From assembly GCA_028534125.1 (NCBI GenBank), contig CM052818.1, forward strand, positions 21,330,001 through 21,394,000: a stretch of 64,000 nt of DNA, read 5' to 3'. This DNA is from Lama glama. Taxonomy: Eukaryota. A program made the position numbers and the translations under genes. Positions within the stretch are counted from its first letter, which is position 1, and the number at the start of each line of letters is the position of its first letter. Below the pieces are notes generated by a model, which had not been told where the DNA came from, made no database searches, and saw only the letters and a list, made by a program, of their open reading frames with translations. Shown piece after piece: positions 25,221 to 37,300 of this stretch.

Positions 25221-28200
25221 GCTCTCTGGGCATCCCGGGTCCAGCGCGTGAAGAGACAGGCAGCCGCATCCGGGAAAAGGCACCAAAACAGCATTTTTCT
25301 CCACCTTCTGCTGCTTGGGATCGTAAAACAAACGTGTCCCATGCAGCCCCTGCACCCTATCAGAGCATCTGCCTCTCAGCCTTCTGAACTGTCAGGCCTT
25401 CAAGCACAGGGAACTGAGGAGGGGTAGGAATCACTGGAAATGCTTTTGATGCCACATCCAAGCTGCCCATCAGTCCTAGACAGGAGGGTGGACAGACGGG
25501 AATTGTCAGAGCGTTTGCCTTTGAAACCTCTCACCTCTCATTTCTCCATTCTTCTCCCTTCTCCCAGCTCTAGGTTCCCTGAGACTCTGTGCTGCTCTGG
25601 TCCGGCTGAAGTGTTTGATAAACTAGTCCACAGCGAGGTCTCAGGGACTCCATGTGGGACCCCCTCCTTAGGAGAACCCACAACGAGAAGGAAGAGCCTC
25701 AGGAGGAGATGCTGAGGACAAAGGCATGGAACTCAAATGGCAGGATGTCAGGCTGCATGCCCAGCGTCGGAGGGATACCTGGGAACAGAGGGGCCCCTGG
25801 GTACCCCCACCAAGTATATCCGCTATGGAACCACCGAGTCTGTCAGGCCTGGCAGAGTGGGTGGGTCCCTGAACACTGGCGCGGCTCATAGCACCACATT
25901 CAGCACCGACTCCCAGCCTGAATCAGGTCTCCCTGGGGCTTGTTCTGCTTCAGGCTGCCTCCTTCTGCCCCGCGAGCAACCCTTCAGGGGCCGAAAGGCT
26001 TTCTTTGTGCAGGCATCGCCAGCACTGAACACCTAAGAGAGTCTTTAGCCCCTCTTCTTCTCCCTGAATGGTTTTCCACCCAGACGAGGCCAGCACACAG
26101 AGACAGGGCTGAACTCCCAGAAGCTCCAGACCAGACGCTTCACACACATACCTGTCCTTGGCTCATTGCTGCCCCCTCCTAGAAAGAGTATCAGGCCTCC
26201 CCTGGCCCCCCCATGTTTAAACAACCTCTGAGTGCTGTTTCCACGGCAACCAGAGGCGCTGCTGTCGATTCACACCTATAACATGAATCCCTGCCCCGCA
26301 ACACTGCACCCCTACGCCCGGGATTCTTGGCCAGACCCTCTTCGGATCACATTGAGTACATGCATACTCTGCCTAACAGACCCTCTTTCTGTCAGCTTCT
26401 AAGCATTTTACTCCCACCTTTACTCAAAGACATCAATGGAGGCCTTTCCCTTTGCATATGAATTTTTTAAAAATTTATGGTGAGTTAAAACTGTAACACA
26501 CGGGGTGTGGACAATTACAACCACCTTTGGTAGAATGCAGGCTATGACAGGAGCTTCAGAAAGGTGAGGGGAGAACTTGGCCCAAAGGCCTGTATATGGA
26601 GATGTGACTCCTCTCCAGGTAGGAGTTAATGGGGAGGCCATCTCCAAATATTTCATACACAGATTACAGCCAATTATCAGGTTGTACAAGAGGCCAGCCT
26701 TCTGGCTCCCCTCTGGCCATCCCCACATCATCAAGACACAAATGGCAAGAAATGAGGGACTCAGGAGAGAGGGCTGGGCTGAGGGAGGGAGGAGCGGAGA
26801 CCTGAGAGGAAGGGCCCGCCCCTTCCCCCCACTCAGCCTCCTGGCCCCCATCTCTGATTCTGTTCTCAGTAGAGTTCTGAAGGTCCCCTCCCCGCCTCAT
26901 CTCCGTGGCTCTCCACCCACAGGCTAGGCTTGTTCATAGCCTCCCACCCCATGTAGTCCAGCTCTTCCTGCCCCATGCATCACCAGCAAACCACCATTCC
27001 CAGCGAACCCACCCATTGCATCAACATGGAATGAACAGAACTTTCCACAAAGGGAAGACAAGGGAGAAGTGGAGATTATAAAAGTCATCATCTGATTTCT
27101 TAGACCTTCACAAAATAATCCTATTTTGTTGATCATCAGGGAGAGTCCTGCCTGGGAGGGGATCCCCAGATCTAGGCAAGAAACAGTTGTTATCTTTTGG
27201 ATTCAGGCTTCTGGATGTTTGGGAGCTGGCTCATTCTTTGGGCCTTCCTGACGGGGCAAGGGTTGTGGGGCTTACCAGTGCCCACCGACCCTGACCTGCC
27301 ATCTCCCCTGTACACCTCCCTTTTTCACCCCGCCAACTCGGTCTCTTCCTTGTTGACTGGGTGACCAGAGGGCAACTCACATGTCAAGTCTTCTATATAA
27401 TCCCTTAAGTGGCTGCAATCAGATGATGACATCTCCATGGACCTCTTCTCAGGGATCTCCTGAGAGAAAAAAATTTGTTTTAGTCATAGATTCTAAAACA
27501 CAACCTAGGGCTACTTTACCCCATATAACTCTTCCCTTTGAAGATGGGATGGGATGGACACCAGGTGATGCGATCTCCATGAGCTGTTCTGTTTCAGTCT
27601 GAGCCCCGGCGTTTGGGAAGACTGGGGACTTTGTGGCAAGTCCCAGAGGGTAGGCTGATTCCCTGGACTGCCTGGCCCCACGTCAACCAGTTTTTACCAG
27701 GTCCCCTCAAGTGAGTGACAGTGAAAGCAAAGCTGGGATTTGAGGTGACAAAGCAAATTCCACTTCCTATTCCAGAGGGGACTAACCTTCCAAAGACTGA
27801 CTCGCCCTGCACGGCGCCATTGTACATTCCCGCCTCCCCCCTCCCCCCACAGATGATTCTGGAAGGGCATCCTCTGCCCTGCTCACCTTGAACTTATTCT
27901 TTTTGCTTGTTTGTTTGTTTTCATATAGTTTAATTACAGATTGACAGAAAAAGTAAAAAACCACAGATTAACAATTCTTAGGTAAAGCATATATTAGAAA
28001 CTATATTCCCAAAATTATGATTAACATTGAGTAACTTAAATTCACCATCTTATAAAAAAGAATTGTAGATTCCAAATAATAGAATTAGAAAACTTTGACC
28101 TTGGACCTATTCTAACTGGACCTTGGATGGTATCTGTCTTCCTAAGTAGGCAGGGGGCCGGACAGCAGCTACTCCTTGTCCCGGCGAATGGGTATCCAAG

Positions 28201-29464
28201 ATTGCCCTCCACACTTCGAGCCCAAGGGAAACTGAGGCTCAGGAAGGACACAGACTTTTCGATCCCTTAGCCCAAGAACTTCCTAAGTTCAGGATGCCAA
28301 CTTCAGATGTTGAGTCACTCAGACATCCCTGGATTGCGTGACCTCTCTGCCCTCCTCCCACCCTGTCATCGTCTGGGTGAAACACCAAACTTTGAAAGTG
28401 CCTCGGTGCTGCCCAGCAGCCCCAGCCTCCCCTGTCTGTCTCTGCTCCCCATCGCTCGGTTTGGAATGACTGCTGTCTACCAGGCACCCGGTGAGCTGCT
28501 GCCACCTCCTGCCCCTCCCCACTCCAACTTTGTGGCTTTTCATCAGCCCAGCTGCTCCTAAGTCTGAAAAGCTAATGTTTTTTTTTCTAAGCCCCAAATT
28601 AGCAGACCCGTAAGTAATTGCATCCTAGCAAGATTAAATTAGGTGAGTTAGAGAAGCTGCGGGGGGTGTTATAATTCAGTGCTTAGGAGGATAACCACAG
28701 GACTGAACACCCATGGAAGAGTCTCTTGGCCCTTTCTGGCCGCCCCCACCTTCATCCCACATTGGTCTCAGCCCCCTGTCAGCCCCGTAGTTCCCCAAGC
28801 CCTAGCAGACTCCATCCTAGTCAAACAGGCAGTGACTCTGCTCCCCACCCGGGTCCCACCCTGCCTTCATCCCAGGAAGCCTGAGGTACATTCGATGAAG
28901 AGAACTGACCTCAGGCCTCTGGCTCAGGTGAATTCAAAAGGACCCTGGGGGAGATTAGACAGTGTCTCCTCCCAGTGCCACAGGTAAAAACAAGAAACCG
29001 AGTCAGGTTCCTAATGAAGTCTCTGGTAGGAAGTTCTGGATTATAGAACAGTTGAGCCCAGTAGAACCTGCAGAAATATGAGTGTAATAAATGCCACATC
29101 AGGATAGGTGGCCTGCTGGTGAGCGAGACCCCCGTGTGTTAGCCTTGGGGGCATGTCCCAAATGATCAGGGGCACGCCTATCCCCAGAAAGAATGGCTTG
29201 GGTGCCAGGATTAGCCAAAGTCAGAGTGGGTGAACACTTGAAAGATTTTGACACCAGAGCAGAGCTATCTGAGAGAAGATAGGAACTGCAATTTCAAATG
29301 GGAATTAAGTAGCTGCATGTGGAGGATTATTTTCCATTTAGGAAAAAAATGCCTTGCATTTGCATTTTTAAAATTAGAAGACAGTTAGCAATTCAGCTTT
29401 GGAAAACCAGCATTTCTGAGGATTTTGGTGATGTGACCTTAAGTTACAAGAAGTACCTAGTTAC

Positions 29465-29635
29465 TAGGGTTGCCAATTTCACAAATAAAAATACGAGACA
29501 CTGAATTAAATTTGAATTTCAAATAGACAATGAAGAATTTTTTAGTATAAGCATGTACTATCCTAAAGAAAAGTATTCGTTGTTCACCTGAAATTCAAAC
29601 TAAACTGGGCGTCCTGCATTCTATCTGACACCCCT
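29465..29635. mobile_element. MER53-like palindromic DNA transposon (copy 2)
   Basis: tagggttgccaatttcacaaataaaaatac...aaatttgaatttcaaat...tgaaattcaaactaaactgggcgtcctgcattctatctgacaccc. Confidence 0.85.
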
Positions 29636-30039
29636 TCCACTGATGCGTGGACAAGTGAGGACGAGTGACTCCCTGAGGCCCCCTCACTGCAAAATTCGTT
29701 GAGCCGATAACCATGTACTGAGCACCTCCTCTGTGCCTGGCACTAGGCTGGGTGATGCGGTAACAGTCTGCAGTCCGGGAACCTACAGTCCACCTGGGGA
29801 GGCAGAGGAACAGTGAGCGTGGAAACAGAACATGGAGCACAGCACGACAAGGAGTGCCCAGGGCCAGGGAGATCAGGCCCGGAAATGATATTTCAGAGGC
29901 ACGAGGGAGCAGAGGTCTCCATCAGTGCAGAGACACCAGCTCCACCTGTGTGCCAGGGGCAGAACAGTACCATGAGGCCCCCTGGGCCATTTCTCTATAG
30001 TGGCCCCACCCTCCTTTCAGCCCCCTCTCCATCAAGAAC

Positions 30040-30190
30040 CCATTCATTCATTTATCCATTCAACTGGCATTTCCTGAGGCCCCATGATGTACCAGACACT
30101 ATGCTGCATGGGAGAGAAAAGACAGTTCTGACACAGCCCCTGCCCTTGAGGTTGACGGCCTGGAAAGGGGGTCAGATACATTCACAATCA
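30040..30190 (-). mobile_element. L2 3' end fragment
   Basis: cattcattcatttatccattcaactggcatttcctgaggcccc...gtaccagacactatgct. Confidence 0.7.
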
Positions 30191-30309
30191 TGGTGACCCA
30201 GAGGTCATTCCAGCAGTGGGGATAAAGCAATGAGGGACACTGAAAGGGTGTCACACGACATCGGAAAGTCTTTGGGCACCACAGTCTCCCAATCTTGTTT
30301 GTCGCCATC

Positions 30310-30470
30310 AATGTGGTAAGTGACTGTGATCAAGTCACTGAACTCCTCCGAGCTTCATTTTCTTCACCTGAGTAAAGGTGATGTGAATAACAGTATTTGC
30401 CTCACAGCTTTGTTCTGAGAAGCTAAACAAACAGCTAGCATTTGGTAAACCGTGAAGTGTCTCATAAATG
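30310..30470 (+). mobile_element. MIR SINE fragment
   Basis: caagtcactgaactcctccgagcttcattttcttcacctgagtaaagg...aataacagtatttgcctcacag. Confidence 0.7.
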
Positions 30471-30499
30471 GGTCATGGAAATGATCATTGTTTGGCAGG

Positions 30500-31096
30500 T
30501 CCTCAAAGTTAAACATAGAATCACCATATGATCCAGCAATTTTACTCCTAGGTAAATACCCAAAAGAATTGATACTCAGGCACTTGTATACCAATGCACA
30601 TAGCAGTATTATTCACAATAACCAAAAGGTAGAAACAACCCAAATGTCCACCAAACATGAATAAATAAACAGAATGTGATATATGCATACAATGAAATTT
30701 TATTCAGACTTAATAAGGAATGAAATTCCATTCAGTCTTAATAAGGAATGAAATTCCGACACATATTACAACATGGAAGAACCTTGAAGACATTATGCTA
30801 AATTAAACAAGTCAGACAGAAAAGGACAAATATTGTATAATTCCACTTACATGAGTTACCTAGAGCATTTAAATTCATAGACAGAAAGTGGAATAGAAGT
30901 TCCAAGCCACTAGAAGAAAAAAGTTATTGTTTAATGGGTATGGGATTTCTGTTTGAATGATACAAAAGTTCTGGAGATGGATGGTGATAATGGTTGCACA
31001 ACATTTTGAATGCACTTCATGCCACTGAACTTCACACTTTAAAAATGTCTAAAATGATAAACTTTATTTTATGTACTTTTACCACAACTTCAAAAA
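30500..31096 (+). mobile_element. L1MB-like 3' end (ORF2 end plus 3'UTR)
   Basis: aaacatagaatcaccatatgatccagcaattttactcctagg...aaacaacccaaatgtcca...gttctggagatggatggtgataatggttgcacaaca...ttttaccacaa. Confidence 0.9.
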
Positions 31097-31509
31097 CGAC
31101 TTTTATCCAGAGAAGGCTATAAAGGCCAGGGCAGACATCACAGAGGAGGTGTTCCTTGAGTAGGATCTGACTGGGGGAGATGGGGAAAGAATGCTTGAGC
31201 AGGAGGAGACAGTAAATGCAGGAGCGGCAGGGCTTTGCAAGCCTCCCAGGGCCAGCAGCTTTTGTAGGGGAAGTATAGGCATGAGGCTGAGATGCTTCAA
31301 CACCACCTGCTATGGAGCTGTCCTGCAGGTGAGGGAAGAAAGCAGTGATATTTCACAAGTGGTGCTGGGGCAAAGGATGAGCGCGAAGTGGGTAGAATGG
31401 GTCTACCATGGAGAAACCACCCCAGGAAGCACTGGGCTGGGAGAGAGAACACAATGCACTTGCAAAAGTACATCCAGAGGCTGAGTAGCTGAAGGAGTCT
31501 GTGGAGCAA

Positions 31510-31672
31510 ATCACCAGTGGCTGGGGAGGAAGAGCTAGGAGCTGACCAATGGCTGGGGAAGAGGATCCAGTAGCTGACCAATGGATAGGGAAGAGGAGCT
31601 AGCAGCTGACCAATGGATGAGGAAGAGAATCCAGTAGCTGACCAGTGAATGGGAAGAGGAGCCAGAAGCTGC
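31510..31672. repeat. 32-bp minisatellite, about 5 copies, CCAAT-containing
   Basis: Unit approximately agctgaccaatggatggggaagagga(g/t)c(c/t)ag; ccaRt core at 31514, 31546, 31578, 31610 and 31642. Confidence 0.9.
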
Positions 31673-32899
31673 AGCAACACAGGTTGGGAGGGCATCGTTA
31701 GGGCCAAGGAGATGGAAGGAAAGGAACTATATGAAAGTGACATCCCTCCAGCCCTGGAAGAGGCAGCTAGGAAGCTTAGTTGGGCAAGTAACCCAGGCAG
31801 GATGGGTGAATCCAAGCGAAGAAGGGACCTTGCAGTTATTCCAAGTCCTTCCCAAGGACCCAGAATGCAGACCCCGGGATCTGCTCTTGTACTTCAATCG
31901 AGATGGCCCTTGTACCCAGTCGTTCTCTAGATAAGGAAGTAGAGATTGTGCCAGTTCCTAAGGTCAAGGTTTCAGGCTCATCCCTCCCTTTCCCCTTCCA
32001 CCCATCCGTTTTCATCTGATTCAGGGTCAATTCCAGCAAAATTATAAGTTTGGTGAAGATACCTTTCCTTCTTCCCATGTTGTACCCGTCAAGCCTTCCA
32101 CCCTCATTCTCAAAAAAGGACTGGGTATCAGGCATTTGATACTTTTTTGTTAACTCAAACTTTTGTGTTCCTTCCCCCAAATCATTTGCATTTCAGCCAG
32201 GTCTATTGTTAAAAGATTCTGAACCTCAGGGAGCAGACTAGGGAGGATCTTAGAGACAGGGTGGTCCTTCTGGCTCCCCTGCAGTCACTCCTCCTTTAAC
32301 TACAAGAGACAGTCTCCCGATGGAGTCACTTCTTCTCATGTCTAGCAGATTGGCAGCTCTTTCTTAAGTTAGCATCAGACATTGGCTAAACAGCAGGATT
32401 TTCGTTTAATAATAAAACATCTTAACAGCAAATAGAAAATTCTCTATAAATAGAGATCATGTAAGATGACAGCAGATTAACATTTTAATTAAACACAGCA
32501 ATTCCTATCATTTTTATCATTATGGAAATACCCAACATTTTGACACATTTCAGGTATAAATTGATGATTCCAGTCCAATGGCAAAAGGAAGTAATTTTTC
32601 AGGTGATATTTGTAAGCTTTCAGTGGTAGCAAGAGATGGTATTCGACAGTCACAGCTACAGATTCCAGACATTCCCATTTAAAATAACTAATACTGAAGC
32701 CTTCCTCCCTTCTTAGATGGCCTTAAAAACAATCTCCCCAAGATGTCACATAGACTATGATAAATTAACTTGAGGCTTTATGATTTGCAAACCTCACACT
32801 AAATGGTAAGTGGTTTTCCCTAGTAGAATGTCAGACTTTGTTCTCTGGCTGAAAGGCATGGCAAAGAGGACTGACGTGTGTATTTGTCTTAGCAATTAT

Positions 32900-33110
32900 T
32901 GATTTAGTGAGTACGGAGGATAAGATGCAGCATCACGACACTGCTGATCCTCACAGGGGACCCTGCAAGGCAGCTATTATTTGTCCCAACAGCAGAGAGA
33001 AACCAGGCTCAGAGCAGCTAAGTGACTTGCCCAAAGGCACACAGCTAGAAAGTGCCAGAACTAAGACTGGAACCCACAACAACCAAGCACCAAAAATTGT
33101 GCTTTTTTGA
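32900..33110 (-). mobile_element. MIR SINE
   Basis: gatcctcacagggaccctgcaaggcag...gaaaccaggctcagagcagctaagtgacttgcccaaaggcacacagctagaaagtg. Confidence 0.85.
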
Positions 33111-34217
33111 TCACTGACTGTCTTCCCCAAATGACACTAGGCATAGCCTTTGCTGAAAGTGATCCCAACAAAGATTTGTTGATTTGTTCTATCTCCCCAC
33201 GTTCTAGGTCAAAGAAGACCCTCCATTCACCAATCATACAAAGCTGTATAACCTAACCTTATGGAGGCAAGTTCTTTGTCACGTTTCCTCTGTGCCAACT
33301 CTTTCACCTCCAAACCACCACTATCATTATCATCATCACTGTCACCATCTTCGGTATCAAAATACAGATCTTATTTGAAGAAAAGATATTTTTCCAGAAA
33401 AAGAGATTCTAACAGATGATCATTTAATCATGCTTTCTTTCTTCCTTTCTCTCTTTTTTTTAACATTAAACAGTTTTCATCTTTAAAATCTAGTTTAGAG
33501 TACACACATTCTTGGTTTCATCACTTTTATCATTACCCAGCTAGTATGCTGAACCATTGGCCTCACACTCAGCTTTTGCCTTCAAGTTTCCTGAGAAACA
33601 TGCACAGCTTTTCCGGCAAAGTTAGGCAACATCTATCACCATGAAACTTTCTTTTACTGCCACACAGGCTGAAATTTGCTGAAAGGCTACGCAGAGAATT
33701 TTACACTGAAATAAAAGATCTACTCAATGGAAACACCCACCAAAGGGGAACCGGCTGAACAAAATATTACAAGTTCTGAAAACTTCGGAACATGTCAGAG
33801 AAAATGAAATCACTCTAAGAAAAACAGTACAGTAAGTATTCGCAACCCTTCGTGGTCTAATGGTGCTGGCTAATGTTGCTGAGAAAGATTCAGCAACATC
33901 GTGATGTTTTAGGATGATGAAACTCTGTGGGGCTGAATAAAGTTTATTCAGAAAATTACTAAGTATTCCCTGACTAAAGTTGTTAATGCCTGGACCTCTC
34001 TTGGATTAGAAAGAAAAAAAAAATTCTTGAGAGCATGAAGGTCCCTTTTCATCTTTATAACCCACAACCGAGATTAGCCCGACACCACTCTTGTAACAAT
34101 TTGCTCAATGAATATTTTGTTTGTTGAATGAATATCCGTATTTAATAACTATTCTATAAAGACTTGTTGGGGATTCTGCAAATGGGAGAAATTACGACTA
34201 AAGATGAAACTACAGAC

Positions 34218-34313
34218 GCAACATTGTGAACATACTAAATGTCGCTGGGTTGGATGCTTTAGACTGGTTCATTTTACATTATGTAAAATTCACCTCAATT
34301 TTTTTTAAAAAAA
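34218..34313 (+). mobile_element. Short L1MB-like 3' tail
   Basis: caacattgtgaacatactaaatgtcgctg...tggttcattttacattatgtaaaattcacctcaatttttttaaaaaaa. Confidence 0.6.
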
Positions 34314-37300
34314 GCTGCAGAGACTAGGGAATAGCAACCTAATAGCTTTCATTAAAATTCAATACAATATATTCTCATATCTTCATATCAAATATAAAGT
34401 ACCAAAGAGCCCATACACAAGTTTTTTGAGGACGTTTTTACAAACATCATTATTAAGTAGATAAAATGTTAAAGTTCCAACCGAATTTCCAGAAATTGTG
34501 ATGCAAATAGCCTCAGATATTTAAAGTACTCTTGGCTTGGTGAGAAGTATTTACAGGGTCTTTCAGAAGGCTCCCGGGCTGCCTGCTTTATTGCCCCCTT
34601 GGCCCCCAGCAGCAGGAAGACGGATGGAGCTCCAATCTGCTGCAAGTGAAGCAGCCCTGGGCTTCTTTCCCATCCGAGAAATCTTCCATGTACACCCGAG
34701 CGATGTAGCACCATCCCTGCACTCTTTCACCAACTTGAATCACAGCTCCAAATTCAAGGTGATCATTCTAAGAACCTCAAACTTATAAATAATTTCCAAA
34801 ATCAGGCTTCCCTCCTTATACGACAATGTGATGACAGGCTTCCCCCCTCCCCAAGCAGTAAAGCAAAAGCCTCTGACTGAAAAGGTTTTAACAATCTCAG
34901 TTCAGCAGAGTTGAAAATATCAATGTCGTTTCCACTGGTTTAGGAAGCAATATTTTCTTTTCTGATTATTGACAAAAGTTTTTCTTTTCCGTTGAAGGGC
35001 CATTTGTGGAGACAAATGTTTAAGTGCCGAGGACATTGTATGAGGTTTTCAGGGTATATTTTTATTTGGCCAGTGATTATCCACTTGTTCTCAAAAAGTT
35101 AACACATTTTGAGTAAGCTGAGGCTTGGAATCTTGTCTGTATCAAATTTTCCTTTCTGCTTTCTGGTAAATCACAATGTGACAGCCTCCGAGCCCTCCTC
35201 CCTCGGCTGTTTTACTTGCTCATTAGGTCTTTAAAAGAAAATGCAAATCCTCATCTCTTCATTAACCCATCTTAGAAAATAACTCAGATGTTCCTAATTT
35301 CTCCTCTGATTTATCAGACCGATCTCTGATAACTTTTGAAAGAAGTCTATTCAACAGTCTCAAGGACAAAGGACACTTTATAGAAATAAATAAAAAGAAA
35401 CCCTGACATAAGCACAAGAGGAGAAAAACACTGAGAAGTTTGGTAAATGTTGCCTGCTTGCTTCAGAATTATTCCTCTTTCTGCCCAAACTGGTAAGCAC
35501 ATTACATTGCAATGTTTTGTTCAAAAACTTCTCTGATATAATCTCTGGAAATAACTAAAAGACTCTCCGTTTCACGCTACACTGTAGATGCCTGGCAGGC
35601 TCAAAGAAATCAACAATCTCATGTAACCTTTTCCTTGAAAAGAAAGTTACAACAAGAAGTACAGCAACAGGATAGAATCCAAAGGAATCAAAACGTGTTT
35701 ATTCTTAACTCTAGAAAAATCTCACCATGTGATTCTCTCCGTGTGTGTCTCTCTCTCTCTAAACCTCTCTAAAATGAAGTCTTTTTTTTCACACACCAAC
35801 GCTAACTAAATCCTAGGGTCTTCTCAGAATGCCTCCCCATGATCAGGTGGATTTAAAAAGAATTCTATTTACCAAAATCATTATGACACTGTTTATTTTC
35901 CTCAGAGGGGGGCTGGAAGGAGGGCAGGAGGGGAAAGAAAAGAAAGCTGGTGAGTTTTTGTGTAATAAGTGACCCTATCATGCAAATAAACAAGCGCTTC
36001 TCTTGCAGGATGTGTTATCAAAGACGTCTCCAACTCTAACTGCATTTCTCAGCTGCTCACCAGAAATAGAACTATTGGCTCCACCAAAAGTAAAGACCTT
36101 TTTTTCCTTCTGCCCAAGACACGGGGGAAAGGGGAGGCTTGTGTGGGAAGGATTTTCTTGAACACAGACACACTCTCGGCCATCTGACCACAACCTGGGC
36201 ACCTCCCTTTCCCCCTTTTCCCTTCAAACAAACCTCAGGGATGGACCCCTTGCTCACAAGAATTCCACCAGACTGCCTCACAGTTTTTTTCTTTTTAAAG
36301 TTCTCAGTTGTTTATGGCTATCTAAGTGAGGGAGGGGGCAGGGAGGGGCTCTTTTTAACAAAGACAAACAGTTTGCAATAACAATGCAGAGAGGGTGAGC
36401 GTGTGTTTGTGTGGGATGCGGGATGGGGGTTGGTGTTTGGTTCCTCTTTTCTTTTTTTTTTTTCAGAAGGCTGAATTGAAAGATAGGCAGCCTAGATTTC
36501 CAAAATAGCCAGTTTCTGAGGAGATAAATAACTCTGGGGAAGGAAAGCATTTGGTAAACTCCCAGATTGAAAACTCAGTTACTAGATTGTACTGAGAGGA
36601 AAGGATGAAACACCTACTTTAAAGGGAGCATGCTTTTCTGCACAAACCTTTCCCGTCAGCATCCAGAAAGACCCAAAGGCGCTGCTCAGGTGGGAGAGCA
36701 TTGTCCCCTCTACCTACTCAGGGAGGGCTGGTCCTTTCGGGTGGGGATGGGGACAGCGGAGAACTTAGATGTGGGGACAGGCGGGCGTCGCAGGGAGAGG
36801 AGGGCCCACAGGATGGATTTCCTTTCCAGAAACTGCTTTGCCTTCTCATCCACCTGGTTCCCCCGGCGGGGGGTCCTGGCCCTCCTTTGGGGGAGCTGTT
36901 GACTAATGAAACAGTGAAAGCACAGGTCAACCATCAGGCAAATAATAAACATATCTGCGTGGCACGTCTGGTAAGCCTGTTTAATGGGCTGTCCCTATGC
37001 GTAAGTGGGCTTCCTACCCCAGCCCCCATCACTTCACCTGTATCAACAACAATGCCTCGGCACTATTATCTTACCTTAATGAACTTAATCTTTAATTTCC
37101 CAGCTTGGCCTTGGTACTCAGCCTCCTAACAAAGGAAGTGGGACTGTTTGAGTCCCCGTGAGCCGCCTTCCTCCAACAGCTAGGGAAACTTTAGCCACGA
37201 CAAGGATTTTTTTGCCCCTTGTGGAACTGTCAAAAGCAATAAATATTTTTCTTTTTATTCCATCATTAGACCCTTCTAAGAATGCCTCCCCATTGTCCAC

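Noticed and set aside
4876..25907. REST/RE1 motif halves (GGACAGCGCC at 4876, TTCAGCACC at 25899)
   Set aside because: They are isolated half-sites 21 kb apart, and the first lies inside a MIR.
31510..31672. Regularly spaced repeat considered as a CRISPR-like array
   Set aside because: The units are contiguous tandem copies without unique spacers, the context is mammalian, and there are no cas genes.
31297..31815. 172-aa minus-strand ORF with repeated QLLAPLP
   Set aside because: The repetition is only the translation of the 32-bp minisatellite.
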